This document shows positions 8,531-19,429 of a stretch of 62,901 nt of DNA, in pieces. The position numbers and the translations under genes are program-made. The notes beneath the pieces are model-generated. The model had not been told where the DNA came from. It did no database searches and saw nothing but the letters and a program-made list of their open reading frames with translations. How positions within the stretch are numbered: position 1 is the first letter of the stretch; every line of letters starts with the position of its first letter. Source of the stretch: Fidelibacterota bacterium. Its GTDB lineage: Bacteria; Fidelibacterota; Marinisomatia; Marinisomatales; UBA1611. The stretch covers positions 1 to 62,901 of the forward strand of contig JAOHKG010000003.1 of the NCBI GenBank assembly GCA_028101095.1. Direction: 5' to 3'.

Positions 8531-11086
8531 CTAAACTTTTAAGGCTTTTTCAATAATATATATAAGGTATTTTCTGTGTGCCTTTGTTGGCTCATCTACA
8601 CCATTAAATCTAGATGCATATTTTTTTATTTTATTTAAATTTTCATATGCTGTTGCAACAGAAAGGTGATCATATTTACTCTTTCCCTTGTTGTATACAA
8701 TTTGAATCAGTCTATTTGTATATTCAACTTGCAAGTTCCTTCTCATTGAGTTGACGTTTGAGCCTGCGTCTGCAGAAAAACATGACGTTGTCAGGTCATG
8801 AAATACTTCCGTAAGTCCATACTTATTTCCATACAACTCAACATTTGAAATTCTTTTAATTACTTTCATATTTAAAACATGGTTAAAAATATTTTTCTGC
8901 ATATTTAAATACATATCTAATATATTCGGGTCTTTTGTTCCACTAAACCCTCTTCTTTCCCATTGTAAATAATTAAAAATCCCATCTGGCGTTTTAAATG
9001 CCTCTGGTGAAAAAACATATTTATTTAATAAGGTCATAGCCCATTTTTGTTGATCTTTAGGAACCGCTAGAAAAGGTTTTTCTTTTCCCTCCTCACCAAT
9101 CATTGCTCTATCCATATGTACACCACCAATCTGCCTTGAGATAATAGTTGCAGACTGAGAATACTCTCTATTTAAAATTAAAAATGCGTCTTTAAATGAG
9201 TGGTAAGACTCACCCTTAACTTCATAACGATTTCTAAGCTTCGGATAGAGAGACCTCACTACATCCATCCTCTCCTGCGCATAGGCAACTGGGTCATCAC
9301 TCAGATCATATATCATAATTCGAGGATCTATTCCTCTTCCAGGAGACCGCATATCATCAGAATCATTACCAAACATTAACTCAGGTTTTGAGGACTGGTT
9401 TAATAACTCTTTCACTCTTTCTTTTTCATCTTCTGGGTTTTTTAAAGAGGGAGTATAACCAAATTCAATAGCCCATAAATCATATGGGCCTGGTACAGTT
9501 GTATAAAATTGCCCGTGAGCGTTTGAACTTGTTCCTACATTTATGGAGGGATATTCCATAACGGAAGATGTAAGTCCTACTGGCTCCGTAATGTGTCGAT
9601 CGTGGATATTGTTAAAACTATGAAAATAGCTTGAAGCAAAATTATGGTTTAGTCCGTGGGTGTGCCCTATTTCATGTAAGGTTAGCCTAACAAGACTTTC
9701 ATATAAAATGCGGTGCTGTTCTAGTTCTGAATAATTACCTATTGAACCAACCGCTAGTTTTCCAAAAAAATTTCCTTGCTGTAGATGTGAACCTGCATGA
9801 CACCTTTTAAAACTCGAACTTGCTACATCTTCTTCATTGTGGGTTTCATATAACTTTTCATATTTTATTCTATTTGTAAAATAAACATACTCTAACATTA
9901 TATCTGCTCCAAGAATTTGACCTGTTCTTGGATTTACAAAAGAGGGTCCATATCCCCCAAAAGGCGGATTTGGTGAAGAAGTCCATCGTAATACATTGTA
10001 TCTAATATCTCCCGCATCCCACTCTGCATCATCTGGTTGCGTTTTGACTTCAACCGCATTTATTAATCCTGCTTTTTCGAATGCCTTATTCCAAGCTAAA
10101 GCACCTTCTTTTATTGCATCTCTAAACTCTAGGGGTGTTGTGTTTTCAATCCACCAGACTATTGGTTCTTTGACTTCTGAACGTTCCTGTTCGGGGTTCT
10201 TTTTTTCTAAGTTCCATCGATGTATCAGGTCTCTGTAGGGAGTTGGATCATCAGGTGAAGTCATATCTGTTACTTGCGTTGTGAAATAACCAACCCTTGG
10301 GTCTTCATACCTTGGTTTATAATTGTTTTTTGGAATTTGTATAAAACTATGCTGGATTGTTACATTTACAGATCTTGGATCTGTTAAACCCTTGTCTGAG
10401 CCCCAGTTTGTTGGAACGGGATTTGTATAAACATATTGAACTATTAAATCTGTGTTTTCAGGGTAGTTTTTAATGTTCTCATATTTGGTTCTCTCTTTTG
10501 CTAACCGACCAATTTTGAAAGGATTCTTATTTAAGCCACCCGGAATATAACCTCGTGTTATTTGATGAAGAGATTCTGTTAGAAAGAGGTTATCAACTCC
10601 AATTAAGACTCCTCCATCTTTTTCTGATATAATATTAGAAGATGCAAGAATTGCTGTACTGATATTAGAATTTGATGATTTAGAAAGAGGGTTTTTTGGG
10701 TCATAGTAAAAAGAATTGTTTTGAACTTCAAACTCTATTCTATTGAAATACCTCTTTAGGGTAAAAATTGTTGACCCCCGGTATCCCCCTTTCATAACAC
10801 CAGTGTTTGTTTGACCGTTTAAACCATGAACAAAATGAATATATTCTTTACCCAATTGTTCTTTCGCTATCAGCATAAAAAGTTTACCCTCTTTCTCATC
10901 TTGATAAAGAGTAAAAAGCCCAGGGATTTCTTTTTTTCCTTTTAATGATTCTTCCATGGTTTTTACTTTAGGTGTGTCAGTTGATTGTTCTTGCTTTGCT
11001 TCTTTTAAATCAGCTGCAACGGGTTTTTCTTCCTGTCCAAAACTATATGTAAATAATAAACCTGAAAAAACTAAAGTTCTGACCAT
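8531..11086 (-). CDS. Large secreted zinc metalloprotease (Met-zincin type)
   Basis: 851 aa with a signal-like N-terminus and HEIGHTHGLNHNF (HExxHxxGxxH). Confidence 0.75.
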   Translation of the reverse strand: MVRTLVFSGLLFTYSFGQEEKPVAADLKEAKQEQSTDTPKVKTMEESLKGKKEIPGLFTLYQDEKEGKLFMLIAKEQLGKEYIHFVHGLNGQTNTGVMKGGYRGSTIFTLKRYFNRIEFEVQNNSFYYDPKNPLSKSSNSNISTAILASSNIISEKDGGVLIGVDNLFLTESLHQITRGYIPGGLNKNPFKIGRLAKERTKYENIKNYPENTDLIVQYVYTNPVPTNWGSDKGLTDPRSVNVTIQHSFIQIPKNNYKPRYEDPRVGYFTTQVTDMTSPDDPTPYRDLIHRWNLEKKNPEQERSEVKEPIVWWIENTTPLEFRDAIKEGALAWNKAFEKAGLINAVEVKTQPDDAEWDAGDIRYNVLRWTSSPNPPFGGYGPSFVNPRTGQILGADIMLEYVYFTNRIKYEKLYETHNEEDVASSSFKRCHAGSHLQQGNFFGKLAVGSIGNYSELEQHRILYESLVRLTLHEIGHTHGLNHNFASSYFHSFNNIHDRHITEPVGLTSSVMEYPSINVGTSSNAHGQFYTTVPGPYDLWAIEFGYTPSLKNPEDEKERVKELLNQSSKPELMFGNDSDDMRSPGRGIDPRIMIYDLSDDPVAYAQERMDVVRSLYPKLRNRYEVKGESYHSFKDAFLILNREYSQSATIISRQIGGVHMDRAMIGEEGKEKPFLAVPKDQQKWAMTLLNKYVFSPEAFKTPDGIFNYLQWERRGFSGTKDPNILDMYLNMQKNIFNHVLNMKVIKRISNVELYGNKYGLTEVFHDLTTSCFSADAGSNVNSMRRNLQVEYTNRLIQIVYNKGKSKYDHLSVATAYENLNKIKKYASRFNGVDEPTKAHRKYLIYIIEKALKV

Positions 11087-11096
11087 TTTTAACTCC

Positions 11097-12515
11097 TTAT
11101 TTTGAAGGTATATATAGATCTGTCATTGTTCCTAGATATACTTCGGCTGCTGCTGCAAAAGTTTCTCCTAGCGTTGGGTGAGGATGAACTGTCAATCCAA
11201 TATCTTCAGCATCTGAACCCATCTCTATTGCTAAAGCCGCTTCACAGATCAAATCTCCAGCGGAAGGACCGACAATACCAGCACCTAAAACTTGTTTTGT
11301 TTCAGGGTCAAAAAGAATTTTAGTTTTTCCCTGTGAAGCATTTAAAATTTGCGCTTTTCCACTTGCCGCCCAAGGGAACTCTCCTTTTTCGTATGGTATT
11401 TTATCTTTTTTTGCTTTTAATTCAGTTAAACCTGTCCAAGCTACTTCTGGATCTGTGTAAACAACACTTGGTATCGCTCTTGGATCCATAACCGCAGGGT
11501 GCCCAGAAGCAACTTCTGCAGCAACTTTTCCTTCATGTGTAGCTTTATGAGCCAGCATTGGATTTCCAACAATATCTCCTATTGCGAAAATATTTTTTTG
11601 TGAGGTTCTTTGATATTCATCAACATCAATATAACCCTGTTCGTTAACAGTAATTTCTGCATTTTCTACTTTTAATAATCCCGTATTGGGTTTTCTGCCT
11701 ACAGAAACCAAAACCTTATTGTAGGTTTTAGTTTCTACTCCTTTCTCATTTTCGATTTCAACTGTTAATGTTTTATCTGTATTTGCATTAACAGAAATCA
11801 CCTTTGATGACAACATAATTGACGAAAACTGTTTTTTTAATTTTCTCTGTAACGGTTTAACAATATCTTTATCTGCCCCTGGAATTAAACCAGGAAGGAA
11901 CTCTACAACAGAGACAGCTGAACCTAATGAGGCATAAACTTGTCCTAATTCAACACCAATTACACCACCACCAATTACCAGTAAGCTTTCAGGTATATCT
12001 ACGAGGTCTAATGCTGTTTTTGAAGTTAAGACAGATGGGTGGTTTTTAGGTAGGCCCGGAATTAAAGAAGAGGAAGAACCCGCAGCTATAATACACTTTT
12101 TAAATATTATTTTTGTTGTGTTATTTTCACCTTCTACTAAAATTTGATTTGCCGATAAGAAAGAGGCAAGTCCTTGCATCGTTTCAACTTTTCTCACCTT
12201 GGCTAGTTGTTTAATTCCACTGTTTAACTGCGAAACAATTTTATTTTTATGGTTTCTAACCGCATCTAGATCAATTTGAGGTTTTGAGAAACTTACGCCT
12301 ATTTTTGAAAGATGTTTCGTTTCATCGATAACCTTAGCAATATGAAGCAATGCTTTTGAAGGGATACATCCTCGGTTTAAGCAGACTCCTCCAAGCTCAT
12401 CGTCTTTGTCAATAAGCAACACTTTCTGACCTAAGTCAGAAGCTCTAAATGCAGCTGCATACCCACCTGGACCAGATCCAATTACTACAAGGTCTATATC
12501 TTTTTCTTTAGTCAT
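11097..12515 (-). CDS. lpdA: Dihydrolipoyl dehydrogenase (E3)
   Basis: GSGPGGY FAD motif, redox-active disulfide GGVCLNRGCIPSK, C-terminal HPHPTLGE interface motif. Confidence 0.9.
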   Translation of the reverse strand: MTKEKDIDLVVIGSGPGGYAAAFRASDLGQKVLLIDKDDELGGVCLNRGCIPSKALLHIAKVIDETKHLSKIGVSFSKPQIDLDAVRNHKNKIVSQLNSGIKQLAKVRKVETMQGLASFLSANQILVEGENNTTKIIFKKCIIAAGSSSSLIPGLPKNHPSVLTSKTALDLVDIPESLLVIGGGVIGVELGQVYASLGSAVSVVEFLPGLIPGADKDIVKPLQRKLKKQFSSIMLSSKVISVNANTDKTLTVEIENEKGVETKTYNKVLVSVGRKPNTGLLKVENAEITVNEQGYIDVDEYQRTSQKNIFAIGDIVGNPMLAHKATHEGKVAAEVASGHPAVMDPRAIPSVVYTDPEVAWTGLTELKAKKDKIPYEKGEFPWAASGKAQILNASQGKTKILFDPETKQVLGAGIVGPSAGDLICEAALAIEMGSDAEDIGLTVHPHPTLGETFAAAAEVYLGTMTDLYIPSK

Positions 12516-12526
12516 TGAACTCTTTT

Positions 12527-13777
12527 TTATTTTGTGAAATTTTCTGCTTTTAATAAAATCTGATTGATGCGAGATGTAAACGTAGCAGCAGCAGCTCCAT
12601 CAATTACTCTATGATCATAAGAAACGGAGTAAGGCATTAAATATTTTGGTTCGAAATCTTTGCTTTCCTTATTAAACACAGGAGACCATTCGCTTCTAGA
12701 AACTCCCATAATTGCGACTTCCGGAGGATTAACAATTGGAGAAAAAGCTGTTCCCCCAATACCACCTAAACTTGAAATTGTGAAGGAACTTCCTTTTAAC
12801 TCCTCTGGTCTCAATTTTTTATCTCTGGCCCTTAAGCTTAACTCCATCAACTCTTCTGATAATTCAAAAATATTTTTTTTATCTACACTTTTAACGCAAG
12901 GAACCATTAATCCGTTAGGTGTATCGACAGCCACACCAATATTTACAAATTTTTTAATTACAAGGTTCTCCTCTACGTGGTCTAATGAGCTATTAAACCT
13001 TGGCATTTCTTTTAAAGCAATTGAAACCGCTTTCATTAAAAAAGGTAAAAATGTTACTTTTATATTTTTTTCTAAACCTTCTTTTTTTAACTTTTTTCTT
13101 AAAATGTCCACATCTGTTATATCTGCTTTATCATATTGAGTTACGTGAGGTATTTCTTGCCACGCTTGCTGGAGCCTTTGGCCTGTTATTTTATTAATCT
13201 TACTTAACTTTAAAGTCTCTATTTCACCCCATTGAGAAAAATCAATTTCTTTTTTTACAGTTACCGGTTTTCCTGTAGACATTGCCATCTGCATCTTAAT
13301 AAAACTATGAAGGTCTTCTTTCGTTGTTCTCTTTTTTGGTCCTGTACCATTTATTGTGCTCAGATTAATCCCTAGCTCTCGAGCAAGCCTTCTTACCCCA
13401 GGAGATGCAAACGAATCGTTGTTATTACCACTAATAAGTTTTTCTGTAACTAATTCAGGCTTTTTCTCAGCAGAGGGAATTTGGGCGACTAGAGATTCTT
13501 TTTCCAGTACATCTATTGTTCTTTCAGCAACTGAAACTTCTTCGCTTTCTATTTTTATTAATAACTGTCCTGTTGTTACCTCGTCTCCAGGGCTTACCAG
13601 TATTTCTAAAATCACCCCACTTACTTCTGTGGGTATCTCCATTGAAGCCTTATCTGATTCAAGCACAAGAACCGTTTCATCTTTGTGTACTTTTGTTCCA
13701 ACAGAAACCGAGACCTCACTTACTTCAGCTCCTTCAATTCCTTCTCCTAGATCGGGTAATAAAATTTCTTCAATCAC
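12527..13777 (-). CDS. aceF: Dihydrolipoamide acetyltransferase (E2 of pyruvate dehydrogenase)
   Basis: Lipoyl-lysine context ESDKASMEIP, E3-binding ASPGVRRLAREL, catalytic DHRVIDGA. Confidence 0.85.
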   Translation of the reverse strand: MIEEILLPDLGEGIEGAEVSEVSVSVGTKVHKDETVLVLESDKASMEIPTEVSGVILEILVSPGDEVTTGQLLIKIESEEVSVAERTIDVLEKESLVAQIPSAEKKPELVTEKLISGNNNDSFASPGVRRLARELGINLSTINGTGPKKRTTKEDLHSFIKMQMAMSTGKPVTVKKEIDFSQWGEIETLKLSKINKITGQRLQQAWQEIPHVTQYDKADITDVDILRKKLKKEGLEKNIKVTFLPFLMKAVSIALKEMPRFNSSLDHVEENLVIKKFVNIGVAVDTPNGLMVPCVKSVDKKNIFELSEELMELSLRARDKKLRPEELKGSSFTISSLGGIGGTAFSPIVNPPEVAIMGVSRSEWSPVFNKESKDFEPKYLMPYSVSYDHRVIDGAAAATFTSRINQILLKAENFTK

Positions 13778-13785
13778 ATTAATTC

Positions 13786-16440
13786 CTAAACTTTCATTGG
13801 GTTTGGTTTTTCTGAATCTAAACCATATTTTTCCATAACCTTACTTAATAATTTTGATTCTATTTTTTTATCTATTACTAAGCCTTGGATTGCTGAAAAA
13901 ACAATATAATATTCATCAATTTCAAAAAATTTCCGCAAAGAGCTCCTTGTTTCACTTCGTCCAAAACCATCTGTTCCTAAGGTTAAATACGTGTTTTTTA
14001 TGAAAGGCCTTATTTGCTCTGAAACAAGTTTCATATAATCCGTAACAGCAACTATTGGAGTTTGTACACTTTCTAAAGAGTTATTTAAAAAACTCTTTTT
14101 TATATTTTCTTTTGGATGGTTTTGGTTCCAGCGGTCTACTTCTTCCGCTTCTCTTCTCAACTCACTATAGCTTGTTACACTCCACACAGAAGATTCAACA
14201 CCCCAATCTTTTTTCAATAGTTCTGCTGCTGCTAATGCCTCAGTTAAAAGGGGACCACTCCCGAACAATTGTACGGACGCTTTTTTATTATCAACTACTT
14301 TGTATAAACCTTTTAAAACCTTTTTTTCTATGTTTTTTGGCATAGGGGGATGAACATAATTTTGATTTTCTAAAGTTAAATAATAGATAACATCTTTGTT
14401 TTCTTCAACCATTTCTTTAATGCCCACCTGAATAACAGTTGCTATCTCATAAGCATAAGCTAAATCATATGCTTTAATGTTGGGAGTAGCAGCAGCTGCA
14501 AGTAGACTGTGTCCATCTTGATGTTGTAAACCCTCTCCGTTTAACGTTGTTCTTCCCGCTGTTCCGCCTAGTAAAAACCCTCGCGCACGCATGTCACCAG
14601 CAGCCCAGATAAAATCCCAGACGCGTTGAAACCCAAACATAGAATAATAGATGTAAAACGGTATCATATGAGTTCCGTGAGTACTGTAACTCATTCCGGC
14701 TGCAATAAAAGAAGATATCGCCCCCGCCTCATTGATTCCTTCTTCTAATATTTGTCCATTTTTTGCTTCTTTGTAATATAAAAACTGATCTGAATCAACA
14801 GGTTCATAAAGTTGGCCAGAGTGCGCATAAATACCTAGTTGCCGAAATAATGGATCCATCCCAAAAGTTCGAGCTTCATCAGGTATTATTGGAACAATGT
14901 TTTTTCCTATATCTTTGTTTTTTGTAAGCAGCGTTAGCAAACGGACAAACGCCATTGTTGTCGAAATCTCCCTTTCGCCTGTACCTTCGTACATTTCTTT
15001 AAAAGAGCCTCTTTCTGGTGTTTTTAGATCTCGAGCTGTACTTTTTCTTTTAGGTAAAGAACCACCAAGTGAAGACCTTTTTTTCATCAAGTATTTAAAT
15101 TCTTCTGATTCTTCATCAAACTTATAAAAAGAAGCTTCTTTTGCCTCTTGTTTTGTAATCGGAACATCAAATCTATTCTTAAAATAAATAAGCTCGTCTT
15201 CTTTTAACTTCTTTTGGTTATGTGTGATGTTTTTTCCTTCTCCAGCATCACCTAAACCATAACCTTTTATTGTCCTAGCTAAAATAACGGTCGGTGAACC
15301 TTTATGGTTTACTGCTTCACTATATGCCGCATATACTTTCTGAGAATCATGGCCCCCGAGCCTCATGTTGCCCAACTCTTCATCTGATAGGTGGTCTACT
15401 AATTTTGACAGATCTGGATCTTTTCCAAAAAAGTTTTCTCTAAAGTAGGCACCACCTTCTACAACATACTTTAACATCTCACCATCAACAACTTCTTCTG
15501 TTCTTTTTAAGAATGCGCCTTTTGTATCCTTTTTAATTATTTCATCCCACTCAGAACCCCATATGACTTTTATCACATTCCAACCAGCACCCCTAAAGGC
15601 TCCTTCCAACTCTTGAATTACTTTTGAGTTTCCTCGAACTGGTCCGTCTAGTCTTTGTAGATTACAATTAACAACGAAAATTAAATTATCTAAGTCTTCT
15701 CTTGAAGCTAACGTTAAAGCTCCTGTTGACTCTGGCTCATCCATTTCACCATCACCCAAATAAGCAAAAACCTTTCTACTTGTTCTTTGTAAAAACCCCC
15801 TATCCATCATATAACGCATAAAGCGAGCCTGATAAATAGCCATTATCGGGCCAAGCCCCATAGATACAGTGGCAAATTGCCAATAGTCCGGCATCAAATA
15901 AGGGTGTGGATATGATGATAGCCCGCCCGCCGGTTCGAGCTCTCTTCTAAAGTTTAGTAGGTTTTTCTCTGTAAACACACCCTCTAAAAAGGACCGAGAA
16001 TACATCCCTGGAGATGCATGACCTTGAAAAAAAATTAGATCTTGACCTTCTTCATGTTCTAAACCTTTAAAAAAATGATTAAAAGCGACTTCATATAAAG
16101 TAGCAGCTGAGGCATAAGTAGAAATGTGCCCGCCAATTCCAGAGTTGTTCTTATTGGCTTTTGTAACCATAGCCATTGCGTTCCACCTTATGGCAGATTT
16201 TATTTTTCTTTCAATTACCTTATTGCCTGGATATTCTGGTTCTTGCTCTGGTAATATTGTATTGAGATACGGAGTATTTGTATTAAATGGTAACCTTGCG
16301 CCTTTTGCTTGGGCATAATCAATTAGTGTTTCCAACAGGAATCGAGCTCTTTCATATCCATGTTCTTCAAGAGCATCTTCAATAGACTCAATCCACTCTT
16401 GGGTTTCTTGAGGATCGTTATCGTTGTAATTGTTTATCAT
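13786..16440 (-). CDS. aceE: Pyruvate dehydrogenase E1 component, homodimeric type
   Basis: 884 aa single-chain E1 with ThDP-binding GDGEMDEPES...NCNLQRLDG. Lies upstream of aceF-lpdA. Confidence 0.9.
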   Translation of the reverse strand: MINNYNDNDPQETQEWIESIEDALEEHGYERARFLLETLIDYAQAKGARLPFNTNTPYLNTILPEQEPEYPGNKVIERKIKSAIRWNAMAMVTKANKNNSGIGGHISTYASAATLYEVAFNHFFKGLEHEEGQDLIFFQGHASPGMYSRSFLEGVFTEKNLLNFRRELEPAGGLSSYPHPYLMPDYWQFATVSMGLGPIMAIYQARFMRYMMDRGFLQRTSRKVFAYLGDGEMDEPESTGALTLASREDLDNLIFVVNCNLQRLDGPVRGNSKVIQELEGAFRGAGWNVIKVIWGSEWDEIIKKDTKGAFLKRTEEVVDGEMLKYVVEGGAYFRENFFGKDPDLSKLVDHLSDEELGNMRLGGHDSQKVYAAYSEAVNHKGSPTVILARTIKGYGLGDAGEGKNITHNQKKLKEDELIYFKNRFDVPITKQEAKEASFYKFDEESEEFKYLMKKRSSLGGSLPKRKSTARDLKTPERGSFKEMYEGTGEREISTTMAFVRLLTLLTKNKDIGKNIVPIIPDEARTFGMDPLFRQLGIYAHSGQLYEPVDSDQFLYYKEAKNGQILEEGINEAGAISSFIAAGMSYSTHGTHMIPFYIYYSMFGFQRVWDFIWAAGDMRARGFLLGGTAGRTTLNGEGLQHQDGHSLLAAAATPNIKAYDLAYAYEIATVIQVGIKEMVEENKDVIYYLTLENQNYVHPPMPKNIEKKVLKGLYKVVDNKKASVQLFGSGPLLTEALAAAELLKKDWGVESSVWSVTSYSELRREAEEVDRWNQNHPKENIKKSFLNNSLESVQTPIVAVTDYMKLVSEQIRPFIKNTYLTLGTDGFGRSETRSSLRKFFEIDEYYIVFSAIQGLVIDKKIESKLLSKVMEKYGLDSEKPNPMKV

Positions 16441-16523
16441 ATTAACTTTATTTTTTACATTATAATACAGCGCACAAGTTACAAAACTCGAAGGGTGTTT
16501 TCATAAACACTATAAATATTTTT

Positions 16524-17948
16524 TTAAACCTCAATCCTCTTCCAATCTCCCTCTCTAACTTTCCAGATCATTATCAAGGCAAACAACCCCATATAAAGAG
16601 GAAAGAGAACCCAAAGTATTTTAAAACCCATTCCTAGATGAAAACCAAAAAAATATGAACCTAAAACAACAATTATCCACACAAGAGCAGATTCAACTAA
16701 AGCGGGGAATATTGTGTTCCCGGCTCCAGAAAGCGCAAACCAAAGAATAAAACCTATTGCATCCAAAAACTGAACTGTGCCAAGCATGCGAAGTCCAAAC
16801 TTTCCCATTGTAATTATTTCAACATCAGAGGTAAATGTTGATAAGTAAAACTCAGGAAAAAAGATAAAGGTAAGACCCATTGTTCCCATTATATACTCTG
16901 CCAATCTAACTGATTCCTTAATGCTGTCTTCAGCCTTAGATATCTTTTTTTCGCCCATATATTTACTAACCAATGTGGAGCAGGCTTGACCAACACCAAG
17001 AGCTGGCATAAAAGATGCGTGCATAATCGTAAAAAGAACTTGTGTGGTGGCTAATTCAATTAGGCCTATCATGCCAACAATTTTATAAAAAACAGACCAA
17101 CCTAGGGCAATAACGGTTTCTTGGGCACCTTGCGGTGCAGCCAGCACGACCTGCTTTCGAAACATTTCCCTGTTTCCTTTTAAAGAAAATATATGAAAAC
17201 GGTTTTTTATTGTTTTTGAGAATAAATAGAATGAGTAGTGAAAAGACATCCAAACAGAAGCTACCAGCGTAGCTATTGCAGCACCCTTAACCCCCAGTGC
17301 TGGAAAATCCAACCAAACCCAAAGAGAGGAAAGAAAAGAAAGCTTAGGGTGTAGCTCAGAAAAAAAGTTGCTTACGCCAATCGAACCATAAATTAGACCT
17401 ATATTCAGATAAAGGTTTATAAGGTTGCTTATAACAGTTACAACTAAGTGGATTTTTGTTTTTTCAATGCCATTATAAAAACCCTGAAAGACAAAGCTAT
17501 ACGCTGAAAACAATAAACTAATTGAAATAATTGAAACATAATTTATTGCAAGCGGTGTAGCTGCAACGTCGTTAATAAAAAAAGGAATAATGTTTTTAGC
17601 CCAGATACAACCAACTATTGAAATAGGTAATCCATAGACAGTTGCCATAATTAGACCATTTCTAAAAGCTATTCCAACCTCCTCATACTTCTTTTGACCA
17701 ACTCTTCTTGAGGTAACTGTTTGAACAGCTGTTCTAATTCCCAAAACAACACTTAATGCCCCCCATAGAACCATGCCCCCCATTCCCGTAGCTGCTATTG
17801 CCGCCACCCCTAAATGACCAACCATTACTAAGTCAATAAGGCTCATTAAAACACGGCTTAAATTGCTTAAAATAATGGGGTATGAAAGAATCATAACCTC
17901 TTTGGAGATTGGTTTGTTTTGAGGAAAAACAAACCGAAGTATTCTCAT
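16524..17948 (-). CDS. MATE family efflux transporter
   Basis: 474 aa, about 12 TM segments, typical MATE N-terminal PIILSNL... pattern. Confidence 0.8.
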   Translation of the reverse strand: MRILRFVFPQNKPISKEVMILSYPIILSNLSRVLMSLIDLVMVGHLGVAAIAATGMGGMVLWGALSVVLGIRTAVQTVTSRRVGQKKYEEVGIAFRNGLIMATVYGLPISIVGCIWAKNIIPFFINDVAATPLAINYVSIISISLLFSAYSFVFQGFYNGIEKTKIHLVVTVISNLINLYLNIGLIYGSIGVSNFFSELHPKLSFLSSLWVWLDFPALGVKGAAIATLVASVWMSFHYSFYLFSKTIKNRFHIFSLKGNREMFRKQVVLAAPQGAQETVIALGWSVFYKIVGMIGLIELATTQVLFTIMHASFMPALGVGQACSTLVSKYMGEKKISKAEDSIKESVRLAEYIMGTMGLTFIFFPEFYLSTFTSDVEIITMGKFGLRMLGTVQFLDAIGFILWFALSGAGNTIFPALVESALVWIIVVLGSYFFGFHLGMGFKILWVLFPLYMGLFALIMIWKVREGDWKRIEV

Positions 17949-18214
17949 AAGCTCTCTACCGAAATATTGCTCTTCTTCAAAAAAGATTTTGTCTTGCTAC
18001 ATATCGGAGCAGAGGTCAACAGGCCTACTTTTTTATGGTCTTCTTTTTGTCTTACTTTTTGTGCAATTTCAAATATCTTAAACCCATCTTTCATAATAAT
18101 TCTAGATTTGCGATTTATGACTATAAATAGTTTTTTTTTTGAGTTTTCAAAAATTTTTGTTCGTGGTTTTAAGCCGTAAATATTAGGGTCAAGTTTTTTC
18201 ATTTTAACAAACAT
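17945..18214 (-). CDS. Hypothetical small protein, translationally coupled to the MATE gene
   Basis: 89-aa ORF whose stop overlaps the MATE start (ATGA). No motif recognised. Confidence 0.35.
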   Translation of the reverse strand: MFVKMKKLDPNIYGLKPRTKIFENSKKKLFIVINRKSRIIMKDGFKIFEIAQKVRQKEDHKKVGLLTSAPICSKTKSFLKKSNISVESL

Positions 18215-18252
18215 TTAGAACCAGAAATTAAACTATTAATTAAGAGGTTTTT

Positions 18253-19155
18253 ATGAACAATGTAGTCTTATCTGATAAAGTTAAAAAAGCATTAAACAAC
18301 CAGCTTCCAATACTTGCATTAGAATCTTCAATTTTATCCCAAGGTATGCCCTACCCAAACAGCTTAGAGTTCGCTAAAAAAGCTGAAAGTTTATGCCTGG
18401 AAGCAAAGGTTGTTCCTGCCACAATAGCAATTTTAAAGGGTGTAATACATGTTGGTTTAGAGGAAAATCAACTTAGAGAAATTTGTGAAAAAGAAACTAT
18501 AAAAAAAATATCTCTGCGCGAGTTAGGCGTTGCAGTCTCTAAAAAATGGGATGGTAGCACAACAGTTTCATCAACAATACAAATTGCACATGGTTGCGGT
18601 ATCAAGGTTTTTGCCACTGGGGGTATTGGAGGTGTCCACAAAACGCCACCCGATTATTACGATATATCTCAAGATATTTTAGCTCTGTCAAATAAACCAA
18701 TTATTGTTATAACTGCTGGCCCTAAAGCAATTTTAGATATAGAAAAAACAATTGAGGCCCTAGAAACAGCTAGCGTTACTCTGCTGGGTTACAAAACAAA
18801 AGAAGTCCCTTCTTTTTATTCAATAAAATCAAATTGTTTTGACCTCCATCAAGTCGATAGCGCAAGGGAAATTTCTGAAGTTTATACTAAAAACATTGAG
18901 GTTGGGCTATCTTCATCAACGTTGGTCTGTAATCCAATACCAAAAAAACACGAAATTCCCGCCAATGAAATAAAAGAAATAATTGAGCTGGCTTGTACCA
19001 CGGCTAAAAATAGAAATGTTTTCGGAAAAAGATTAACACCGTTTTTACTTAATGAGATCGTTAAAAAGACAAGGGGTAAAAGTTTAAGCGCTAATATAGA
19101 GTTGGCCTTGAACAACATCTCTCTTGGGATTGATATTTTAAGTTATCTTAAGTAA
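18253..19155 (+). CDS. psuG: Pseudouridine-5'-phosphate glycosidase
   Basis: ALESSILSQGMPYP...VFATGGIGGVH, characteristic of the IndA/PsuG family. Confidence 0.85.
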   Translation: MNNVVLSDKVKKALNNQLPILALESSILSQGMPYPNSLEFAKKAESLCLEAKVVPATIAILKGVIHVGLEENQLREICEKETIKKISLRELGVAVSKKWDGSTTVSSTIQIAHGCGIKVFATGGIGGVHKTPPDYYDISQDILALSNKPIIVITAGPKAILDIEKTIEALETASVTLLGYKTKEVPSFYSIKSNCFDLHQVDSAREISEVYTKNIEVGLSSSTLVCNPIPKKHEIPANEIKEIIELACTTAKNRNVFGKRLTPFLLNEIVKKTRGKSLSANIELALNNISLGIDILSYLK

Positions 19156-19222
19156 ATAAGACAAAAGGTCATGCTTCTTTATTTAGTCTGGTTTTTGCTT
19201 TTAATAAAACAAAGGTTTTAAA

Positions 19223-19423
19223 ATGATACTAACTTTTATGAAAAAGAATAAAAACATTTCATTAATATGTTTGTTTATTTTTGTTTTTATCTTGACAACA
19301 CTACTCTTTTCTTTCTTAATCCGTTTTGTTTTGCCTGCTGTTTTTTCATTTTGGGTAGCAAATATTGTTTACTTAAATGCGGTAAAAGGGAGCTTTAAAA
19401 AAAATATTACAAAAGAAATTTAA
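19223..19423 (+). CDS. Hypothetical small membrane protein
   Basis: 66 aa with two hydrophobic helices. No homology recognised. Confidence 0.3.
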   Translation: MILTFMKKNKNISLICLFIFVFILTTLLFSFLIRFVLPAVFSFWVANIVYLNAVKGSFKKNITKEI

Positions 19424-19429
19424 AAAGAA

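Noticed and set aside
16441-16523. Sigma70-like TATAAT (about 16459-16464, minus strand) upstream of aceE.
   Set aside because: TATAAT-like hexamers are frequent by chance in this AT-rich DNA, and the -35 element is poor with ambiguous spacing. It is not supportable as a promoter call from sequence alone.
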